DNA of 64,000 nucleotides. Source: an uncultured Gemmatimonadales bacterium. GTDB taxonomy: Bacteria > Gemmatimonadota > Gemmatimonadetes > Gemmatimonadales > GWC2-71-9. Both the position numbers and the translations under genes were made by a program. This document shows positions 56,113 to 64,000 of this stretch, piece after piece; within the stretch, counting starts at the first letter, position 1; each line of letters begins with the position of its first letter. The notes beneath the pieces are model-generated. The model saw nothing but the letters and a program-made list of their open reading frames with translations, was not told the origin of the DNA and did not search any database. The stretch covers positions 64,001 through 128,000 of the forward strand of contig CAWHFW010000003.1 in NCBI GenBank assembly GCA_963828735.1, in the 5' to 3' direction.

Positions 56113-57534
56113 ATGGGACTTCCCGTGCCTCTTCGCCTCCGCTCCCGCGCCGCCGTGGGAGCGCTCCTCCTGATGGTCTCCCCGGTCGTGCGGCCAACCA
56201 TGCTCGCCGGCCAGACATCACGGGACGATCGCGAAGCCCGCGCCATCTACGCCGAGCTGATCGGGATCAACACGACGCAGGCCCACGGCACCGCGCACGC
56301 GGTCCAGGCGTTGGCACGTCGGTTCCTGGCAGCCGGGTTTCCCGCGAAGGACGTCGTGACCGTAGGCCCAAACGCGCTCAAGCAGAACCTGGTGGTGCGC
56401 CTCCGCGGGTCCGGCGCGCGGAAGCCGATCCTGCTGCTGGCCCATCTCGACGTGGTGGAGGCGCTGCGAACGGACTGGTCGCTGGAGCCGTTCGTGCTGA
56501 CCGAGAAGGACGGCTACTTCTACGGCCGGGGCACGAGCGACATCAAGGACGGGGCCGCCATCTTCGTCCAGACGCTGATGCGCCTCAAGCGGGAAGGGGT
56601 CCCGCTCGACCGGGATGTGATCCTCGCCCTCACGGCGGACGAGGAGACGGGAGACCACAATGGCGTCGAGTGGCTGCTGGCGAACCGCCGCGACCTCATC
56701 GATGCCGCCTACTGTATTAACGCCGATGCCGGCGACCCGGTCATGCGGGACGACAAGGTGTACGAACGGAACGTCGAGGCGAGCGAGAAGGTGTACATGG
56801 ACCTCCGCCTCGAGGTCCGGAATCCCGGCGGCCACAGCTCCGTGCCGGTGAAGGAGAACGCGATCTACCAGCTCGCCGCGGCGCTCGATCGGTTCTCCAA
56901 GTACGAGTTCCCGCCCCGGCTCAACGAAGTGACCCGCGCCTATTTCTCGCGAGCGGCCGCGTCGGAGCCCGACACCATCGCGGCCCGCATGCGGATGGTC
57001 GGCGAGACGGGCGACACCACCGCCATGCGGCGCCTCTCCGAGGGCTCAGCCTGGCTGAGCTCGATCCTCCGAACCACCTGCGTCGCCACCCGGCTGGACG
57101 CGGGCCATGCGAACAACGCCCTGCCCCAGACCGCCGGCGCGAACATCAACTGCCGGATGCTGCCGGACGAGAAGCCGGAAGACGTGATCGAGACCATCCG
57201 GCGGATCGTGGCGGACACCAACGTTCACATCACCGTGACCTCGGAGCCCGTGGCGTCGCCGCCGTCGCCGCTGGACCCGGACGTCCTGGAGCCGATCGAC
57301 AGCATCACCGCGGCGATGTGGCCCGGCGCGGCCGTGGTGCCAAGCATGGACGCGGGCGCGTCCGACGGACTGTTCCTCCGGAACGCGGGGATGCCGGTGT
57401 ACGGCGTGTCGGGCGTGCCGCTCGACTACGACGACATCCGGTGGCACGGTCGGGACGAACGGATTCGGGTCAGCGCGTTCTATCAGGGGCTGGAGTTCAT
57501 CGGGAGGCTGGTCCGGGCGCTGGCGGGGAAGTAG
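56113..57534 (+). CDS. M20/M25/M40 family metallo-hydrolase (exported)
   Basis: [36 protein letters not shown]. Confidence 0.93.
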   Translation: MGLPVPLRLRSRAAVGALLLMVSPVVRPTMLAGQTSRDDREARAIYAELIGINTTQAHGTAHAVQALARRFLAAGFPAKDVVTVGPNALKQNLVVRLRGSGARKPILLLAHLDVVEALRTDWSLEPFVLTEKDGYFYGRGTSDIKDGAAIFVQTLMRLKREGVPLDRDVILALTADEETGDHNGVEWLLANRRDLIDAAYCINADAGDPVMRDDKVYERNVEASEKVYMDLRLEVRNPGGHSSVPVKENAIYQLAAALDRFSKYEFPPRLNEVTRAYFSRAAASEPDTIAARMRMVGETGDTTAMRRLSEGSAWLSSILRTTCVATRLDAGHANNALPQTAGANINCRMLPDEKPEDVIETIRRIVADTNVHITVTSEPVASPPSPLDPDVLEPIDSITAAMWPGAAVVPSMDAGASDGLFLRNAGMPVYGVSGVPLDYDDIRWHGRDERIRVSAFYQGLEFIGRLVRALAGK

Positions 57535-57593
57535 ATCCGTCGGCGGTCGGCGCGATGCACCGGACCGGAAGCCAACTTCCCAGCTTCACCACG

Positions 57594-58880
57594 CTACTTC
57601 ACCACCTCCCCGCCCTTCATCACCATCCGCACCCGGCGGAGCGCGGCAATCTCCCGCGTCGGGTCGCCCTGGACGGCCACCAGGTCGGCGAGGAGGCCGG
57701 GTGCGATGCGGCCGAGGCGCTGGTCGAGGTGGAACACCTTCGCGTTGACGCTCGTCGCGGAGCGGAGGGCGGCGAGCGGGCTCATGCCGTACTCCACCAT
57801 CGCCTCGAGCTCGCGCACGTTGTCCCCGTGGGCGAAGACGCCGACGTCACCGCCGAAGCAGATGGTGACGCCCGCCTCGAGCGCCGCCTTGAAGCTGGTG
57901 CGCTTCGCGACGAGCGCCGGGGTCGGCTTGTCCCGGCCCTTCACCCAGCCGTCGAAGTAGGTGGCATACGCCTCCCCGGCGGCGAGCGTCGGGCAGAGCG
58001 CCACGCCACGCTGCCGCATGAGGCGGAACACCTCGGGCGTTCCCTCATCGCCGTGCTCGATGGTCTCGACCCCGGCCAGGACGGCGCGCCGCATCCCCTC
58101 GGGCGTCATGGCGTGCGCGGCAACCGGCCGTCCCGCGCCTCGCGCGGCCGCCACGAGGACTTCGAGCTCGTGCTGCGTGAAGGTCGGCCGGAGCTGGCCG
58201 CCGGGGCCCCAGCCGTAGTCGGCGTAGACCTTGATCCAATCCGCGCCGCGCCCGACCTGACTCCGGACCACCCGAGTGATCGCGTCGTCGCCATCGGCCT
58301 CCTCCGCGCCCTGGGGCGGGTCGAACGCATAGCGCGGCCGCGACGGCCCGTAGCTGCCGGTGGCCACGATGGCGCGAGTGACCACGAGGAGGCGCGGGCC
58401 AGGCACGATTTTCTGCTCGATCGCGCGGCGGAGCTGGACATCGTTGTCGAGCGCGCCCTCGGTGCCGAGGTCCCGCTCGGTGGTGATGCCCGCCCGGAGC
58501 GTCACCCCGGCGTGCGCGACCGCGCGGGCGATCCGAAGGCCGAGCGGCTCCTTCAGCACCTGGTCGTCCCACAGGGTCTCGCTGTAGGGGTGAAGAAAGA
58601 GATGCGAGTGCCCCTCGATGAGCCCGGGCAGGAGCGTCGTGCCTGCCAGCGTCACCTTCGTCGTGCCGGCAGGCGCCGCGACACGGGCCTCGGGGCCGAC
58701 GGCGGCGATCGTGTCCCCCTTGACCAGCACGACCCAGCCGCGCTGCGGTGCGTCGGCGACGCCGTCCCACACCGCGTCCGGCACCAGGAGCGACGCCGCT
58801 CCGCTGTCGGTCTGGGCCGATGCAGTGACGGCGCAAAGCGAAGTGATGATTAGAGTTAGTAAGCCAGCCAAGGCACGCAT
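57594..58880 (-). CDS. Amidohydrolase family protein (exported)
   Basis: Signal peptide; [38 protein letters not shown]. Confidence 0.93.
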   Translation of the reverse strand: MRALAGLLTLIITSLCAVTASAQTDSGAASLLVPDAVWDGVADAPQRGWVVLVKGDTIAAVGPEARVAAPAGTTKVTLAGTTLLPGLIEGHSHLFLHPYSETLWDDQVLKEPLGLRIARAVAHAGVTLRAGITTERDLGTEGALDNDVQLRRAIEQKIVPGPRLLVVTRAIVATGSYGPSRPRYAFDPPQGAEEADGDDAITRVVRSQVGRGADWIKVYADYGWGPGGQLRPTFTQHELEVLVAAARGAGRPVAAHAMTPEGMRRAVLAGVETIEHGDEGTPEVFRLMRQRGVALCPTLAAGEAYATYFDGWVKGRDKPTPALVAKRTSFKAALEAGVTICFGGDVGVFAHGDNVRELEAMVEYGMSPLAALRSATSVNAKVFHLDQRLGRIAPGLLADLVAVQGDPTREIAALRRVRMVMKGGEVVK

Positions 58881-58951
58881 GTGGCCGATCTCTCCTGTCG
58901 CATTGCGGGGTGTCATCTAACCAAAACCGCCTACGGTGTGAGGCGGACATC

Positions 58952-58980
58952 TTGACGCGTTGCCGCTGGACCCGTAATGT
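58952..58980 (+). promoter_or_regulatory. Sigma70 promoter of DUF1097 gene
   Basis: TTGACG-17-TAATGT. Confidence 0.65.
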
Positions 58981-59089
58981 CGCTCCGTCGTTTCCCACCG
59001 CTGGTCCGCTTACCTCACCCGTCTCGCCTTCTGGTTCGTTCGGTCGGAGAGATGCTGCTCAGTATCCCACTGATGGATGGAGGTAGCAC

Positions 59090-59563
59090 ATGGACGCACT
59101 CGTCGCGCTGGCGCTCAGCATCGGTGTCCTCATCGCGGGTTGGACCTACGTCGCGCTGGGACCGGGCGCGTTGCCAGTGTGGGCAGGGATCGTGGCCTGG
59201 GGCTGCTTCTTTGCCGCCGGCGGCAAGACCGAGGGGCTGACCAAGACGATCGCCGCCAATCTCAGCGGTGTGTTCTGGGCCTTCTTCGCGCTCACCGCGT
59301 GGGGCAAGCTCGGCGGCGGGGTACCCGTCCTCTCCGCGCTGGTCGGCGTGGCGGCCATCTGCATGGTGCTCCAGGCCAAGGTCAGCATCCTCGGCTTCAT
59401 TCCCGGCGCCTTCCTGGGTGCGGCTACCGCGGTCAGTGTCGTCGTCGGCGCCAACGGGACGTGGTCGAAGACCATCCTCGCCCTCGTGATCGGCGCGATC
59501 CTCGGATACCTGTCGGAGATGTTGGCGGGCGCGATCAGCAAGCCGGCCAAAGCCGCCGCGTAG
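59090..59563 (+). CDS. DUF1097 (YcdZ-like) membrane protein
   Basis: GGAGG RBS; WAGIVAWGCFFAAGG, NLSGVFW, FIPGAFLG, GAILGYLS. Confidence 0.88.
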   Translation: MDALVALALSIGVLIAGWTYVALGPGALPVWAGIVAWGCFFAAGGKTEGLTKTIAANLSGVFWAFFALTAWGKLGGGVPVLSALVGVAAICMVLQAKVSILGFIPGAFLGAATAVSVVVGANGTWSKTILALVIGAILGYLSEMLAGAISKPAKAAA

Positions 59564-59582
59564 CGGTCCACGGCTCAAGTAT

Positions 59583-59625
59583 ACGACGGGCGCGAGCCCC
59601 GGCTACCCGGGCTCGCGCCCGTCGT
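59583..59625. terminator. 17-bp stem hairpin between convergent genes
   Basis: ACGACGGGCGCGAGCCC-9 nt-GGGCTCGCGCCCGTCGT. Confidence 0.7.
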
Positions 59626-59628
59626 GCG

Positions 59629-60780
59629 TCACGGCACCAACGCCTCCATCATCCGCACCCGCAGCCCTCCGTTCTCGGTGGTGAACCGGGGCTCGAGGGG
59701 CAGAGCCGTCTGGTGTTCCAACTCGGGGTGCGCGGTCAGCATCGCCACGTGCCATCCCGAGCACCTCGCCCGCAGCACATGCCCGAGCTGCGCGTAGAGA
59801 TCGCGCAGGCGCTTCCGCTCACCGACCCGCACCCCGTAGGGTGGGTTCGTCACCACCCAGCCCGGGCCCGCCGGGGGCACGATGGCGGAGATCGCCGCGC
59901 GCCGCCACTCGACGTCGGAGCCCACGCCCGCCCGCTCGGCGTTGGCGGACGCGGCTTCCACGGCCCCCGCGTCCCGGTCCGATCCCAGAATGGCCACCGG
60001 CGCTCGCGGCAGGATTCTCGAGCGGGCCGCCGAGAGCACGCCATCCCACGCCTGCTGATCGAATTCGGCCCAGTGCTGAAAAGCGAACTCGCGACCGATT
60101 CCCGGCGGGATGCGCCGCGCGACCAGCGCGGCTTCGATCGGGATCGTCCCCGATCCGCACATGGGATCGAGCAGCGGCGCCGAGCCGTCCCAACCGGCGC
60201 CGGCCAGCATCGCGGCCGCGAGCGTCTCGCGCAGAGGGGCCTTCGCGGACGCCAGCCGATAGCCCCGGCGATGAAGCAGCTCGCCAGAGGCATCCGCGCT
60301 CACGGTGCACTCGTCGCGAAAGAGGCGCACCACGAACTCCTGTGCCGTTGCGCCTTCCACGGCCACCATCCCCGCGCCGGGCACCTTCGCCGTGACGGCC
60401 GCGCCGAGGCGCTGGGCGACGGCATCCTGGTGATAGAGACGGGATTTCCGTGAGGTCACCCGAAAGTCGACTGCCCCACCCGACGGTACGAACTCGCCCC
60501 AGGGTAGCCGGGCGGCGTGACGCTCGAGCTCGTGAAACGAGGCGGCGTGGAACGAGCCGAGCCGCACGAGCACGCGCGAGGCGATCCGGAGGTGCAGATT
60601 GGCCCCATACAGCCCCGGCATGTCCGTGAGAAAGGAGACTCCGCCGAGCTCGGGAGCATCGATCGTGAGCGGGTGTGTCCGCTGCAGCGTCCGCAGCTCG
60701 TCGGCGACGAGGGATTCGAGGCCCGGTGGCGCCACGGCGAAACATGCCGGCCGTGAGCCGGTCGCGGTGACGTGGCTCAT
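59629..60780 (-). CDS. THUMP-domain class I SAM-dependent RNA methyltransferase (RlmL-like)
   Basis: PGLESLVADEL, NLHLRIASRVL, LHRRGYR..APLRETLAA, LDPMCGSGT, VTNPPYG. Confidence 0.92.
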   Translation of the reverse strand: MSHVTATGSRPACFAVAPPGLESLVADELRTLQRTHPLTIDAPELGGVSFLTDMPGLYGANLHLRIASRVLVRLGSFHAASFHELERHAARLPWGEFVPSGGAVDFRVTSRKSRLYHQDAVAQRLGAAVTAKVPGAGMVAVEGATAQEFVVRLFRDECTVSADASGELLHRRGYRLASAKAPLRETLAAAMLAGAGWDGSAPLLDPMCGSGTIPIEAALVARRIPPGIGREFAFQHWAEFDQQAWDGVLSAARSRILPRAPVAILGSDRDAGAVEAASANAERAGVGSDVEWRRAAISAIVPPAGPGWVVTNPPYGVRVGERKRLRDLYAQLGHVLRARCSGWHVAMLTAHPELEHQTALPLEPRFTTENGGLRVRMMEALVP

Positions 60781-60853
60781 AGTCGCAAGCGCTGACCGCC
60801 CGCACTGTTAGGAAGACTCCCGTCGGCAGTCACCCATTCCCCCTTCGAGCGTC

Positions 60854-63800
60854 ATGACGGCTCCCGACACGGACTCCCGGCCGACAAGCCCCCGACCGCC
60901 CAGGCGGTGGCGGCGGCGCGTCGCCATCGGGCTCACGGCGGCTGTTGGTGATTGTGGTCACGCTGGTGGGGCTTCTGCAACTCCCCCCAGTGGCCACCTT
61001 CGCCGTGCGGAAGGCGCTCACGCTCGCGCCGCTCAACCCCGGGAATCGGCTCGACGTGGGCCACGTGACCGGCAACTTCCTTCGCGGTCTCACCCTCCAG
61101 GACGTCCGACTCCGGCAGGACGGGCGCGAGCTCGCCCGCATCGAGCGCCTCACGGTGGGCTATCACCTGCCGCGATTGCGTCCGCCCACCACTCGCCTCG
61201 ACTCGCTGACCGTGACGGGCGGCACCATCTCGGCTCACCGGCGGGGCGGAAGCTGGGACCTCGCCGACGTCATGAAAAAGGCTTCCGACACGACCGGTGG
61301 CGGCGGCTTCGGCATCGACCGGCTGGTCGTGCGCGGCGTGGCAGTGGCCGCGACGCTGGCGCCCGATTCGGTTGCGCAACTCCGGGTGCAGGAAGTGGCC
61401 GCGCGGGGCCTCCGACTGGGCGACACGGCACTGGCGACGATCGACCAGCTTCAGCTCGCCGTGCGCCCGCCGGCGAGCGACCGCTGGATCGGCGTGTCCA
61501 CTCGGGGCGGGCTCACGGCGGACGAGGTCCGACTCGATCCCCTCCGAGTCTACACCGAGGCGAGCGAGCTCAACGGTCATGTTGTCCTTCCGCGAAGTCT
61601 CCGGGAAGCCCGGTTGGTCAACCGGCTGGACGTCCGGCTCAACGCGCGGCCGCTGGCCCTTGCCGATCTGGCGGCTCTCGCTCCCACGGTACCGGCGGCC
61701 GGCGAGCTGGTGTTCGACGCGGAGGCAAGGGGCGAGGGCGACCTGGTAACGGCGCACCTCGCCGCGACGCTCGACCAGGGCCGCCTTTCTCTCGACGCGG
61801 GAACCCGGCTCCGCGATGGAAAGCCGACGTCGTATCGCGCGCGCGGCGTCGTGAGCCGACTCGACCTCTCGCGACTCATGCGCGCGGCGCCGGCGGGCGA
61901 GGTGAACGGCCGGCTGGATGCGGACATCAACGGTCCGCTCGCAAACGCGGACGGCAGCGCGCGCCTCGATCTCGGCGGCTCGCGCTTGGGCGCAGTGACC
62001 GTGCATCGCCTCGAGGTTGGCGCCCTGCTGTCGGGCGGGACGGCCGACCTGACCGTTCGGGGTGCGCTCGATTCAGGCACGGTGCACGCGACCGGCCGTG
62101 CGCGATTGTTCGATTCGCTGCCGACCTATCGCATTTCGGGTGCGGCCCTCGGAATGCCGGGTACCGCCGCCGTGGCCCGGGCGCTCACCGGGGCCGCCGG
62201 CGATCCCTCGCTGTCGATCGCGTTCCGGATCTCGGGTGCGGGAACTTCGCCGGATTCCGCCCGGGCGAGCGGTCGGATAGACGTGGCCGCGGCACGGGAC
62301 ACGGGCGAGCAGCGGCCTCTCGGCGGCGCGACCCTCCGGCTGGTCGACGGCCGACTCGACATCCGCCCCGAGATCCTGGCGGGTGGGGGCCGCGTCACGG
62401 CGGCGGGCCGAGTAACGCTCGGCGATACGATCAGCTACGAGCTGCGCGACGGCCGCATCGACGAGGTGGATGTCGCGGCGCTCGCGGGCGATACGACCAG
62501 CGCGCCGCTCTCCGGGCGGTTCACGCTCACTGGACGCGGCACCGCGCCGGCAGAAGCGCAGGCGACGGTGGGGCTTCACCTGAATGCACTTCATTACGGC
62601 GCGCGACGGGTCGAGGGGGTGGACGCGACCATCAGGCTGGATCGTGGTGACCTGCGCGTGACGGGCCAGGGCGCCATCCAGGGCGGCCGCCTGATACTAG
62701 AGGCGCTCGGGCGGCCGTTCGACAGCACCGCTTCGTACGTGCTGCGACGTGCCGCGCTCGAGCGGGTGGATCTCGGCACGCTGCTCGGCCTCCCGGAATT
62801 CGCGGGACCCGTGACGCTCTCGGTCACGGGCGACGGCCGCATCCGCGGTGAGCAGCGTAACGCACGCGCGCGACTGACCGTCGAGCCTTCGCGCCTCGGT
62901 CATGTGAAGGTCAGCGGGGGCGAAGCGACCGTCCGCCTGGCCAATCAGCAGCTGATCTACGAGGCCTCGCTCCACAGCAATGGGGGCGAGGTCTTCGCGT
63001 CAGGCGACGGCACGGCAGGCGCCGCAGCGCCGGCCTACCGGGTTCGCGAGGGCCGCCTCACCGCGATCGAGCTCGGCGCCTTGATGGGGCGGTCGGACCT
63101 GCACACCGACCTCAACACGACCTTCACCGCCAGCGTCGAGGGCGCCTCGCCCGACAGCCTGCGCGCGACGCTGGCCGTGGCCCTGCAGCCATCGCGCGTG
63201 AACCAGGCGGAGCTCAGCGGCGGCACGGTGGACGCGCACCTCGAGGGCAGGAGCCTCGACGCCAAGCTGCACCTCGACGGCCCCGATGCGCTGCTCGACG
63301 CCTCCGTGCGACGCTCCTCCGCCGGCGATCGCACCGCTATCACCACCGAGGGCACGCTCACCGCCGAGCATCTGGCCAGATGGACCGGACGGAAGGACGC
63401 CGACGGACGCATCGAGTCCACGTTCAAGCTGGCCTTCGAATCCGACAGCGCCGGTCCTCGCACCGTCGGCGGCACGGTGGACGCGCTCGGAGGCGTCGGA
63501 GGCATTCGGGTCCCGGCGCTCCACGCGGCCCTCACGCCGGTGGACGGGGAGATCCAGCTCGACACGGTGCTCCTGCGCTCCAACGTCGCGGCGATGGATG
63601 GCGGGGGCCGAGTGCAGCTCCGGCCTGGCGCGGCACCAGGGACCCTCAGGCTCGTGGCGATCCTGGGCGACCTTGGCCCGGTCTCGGCGCTCATGAGCGC
63701 GGACACCGTCGGGGCCGACTCGGCACGGGTGAACCTCACCGTCACCGGCCCGGCCTGGCGTTGGCAGGTAGCGAGCAACGCCGATGCCTATGGCTTGGCC

Positions 63801-64000
63801 TTCGCAGGAAACCTGGCGAACCGGATTACGCTCGCGGCCAAGGCCACGCTCGACAGCACCAGGCTGGGCGCGGCATCGGGTACGCTCAAGGTGACCGGCG
63901 CCGCGATCGGCCGTGTGGCGGTGCGCGAGCTGACGGCCGCGGGCGGCTACGACTCGACCCTCGCCCTCGACCTCAAGCTCAACATCGCGGACAGCGTGCG
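60854..64000 (+). CDS. TamB/AsmA-like large envelope protein (partial, runs off window end; apparent frameshift near 60941)
   Basis: ATG 60854 gives MTAPDTDSRPTSPRPPRRWRRRVAIGLTA. The TM and body (LLVIVVTLVGLLQLPPVATFAVRKAL...VTGNFLRGLTLQDVRL...) continue in another frame, apparently open to 64000, with the G/L-rich beta-strand pattern typical of AsmA/TamB. Confidence 0.8.

Noticed and set aside
60854..62650. 598-aa ORF as a separate protein
   Set aside because: Only the first ~29 aa look real; the rest is the out-of-frame shadow of the TamB-like gene.

Overview
A 64-kb, very GC-rich (roughly 70% by eye) bacterial chromosomal segment with about 55 protein genes and no rRNA, tRNA, CRISPR array, prophage or IS transposase that I can see. 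Gene content and style suggest Gemmatimonadota, but that is inference. Most genes are housekeeping, envelope or stress genes: PBP1A, a lytic transglycosylase, nfo, an EF-P variant, cardiolipin synthase, a MoxR/Bat operon, AlaX, DacB, an RpoD-like sigma factor, HrpB, Dps, penicillin acylase, UdgX, an RlmL-like methyltransferase and a TamB-like protein. The strongest candidates for under-described systems are three. (1) A promoter, SAM-II riboswitch and intrinsic terminator ahead of a threonine-synthase homolog plus a GG-ending sulfur carrier, probably a sulfur-carrier methionine route rather than threonine synthesis. (2) A blue-copper cupredoxin co-transcribed with a TM-sensor-TM-HAMP Hanks-type Ser/Thr kinase, divergent from an outer-membrane beta-barrel. 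(3) A Ddl-like ATP-grasp ligase coupled to a four-zinc-ribbon HExxH metallopeptidase, bracketed by two related REP-like palindromes. Also noted: an EF-P with Asn at the loop tip, a cardiolipin synthase with an HxR motif, an 866-aa pure coiled-coil protein, many apparently leaderless genes, and three small frameshifts that may be assembly errors. Starts were re-picked by eye from RBS, overlaps and promoters. No database searches were run.
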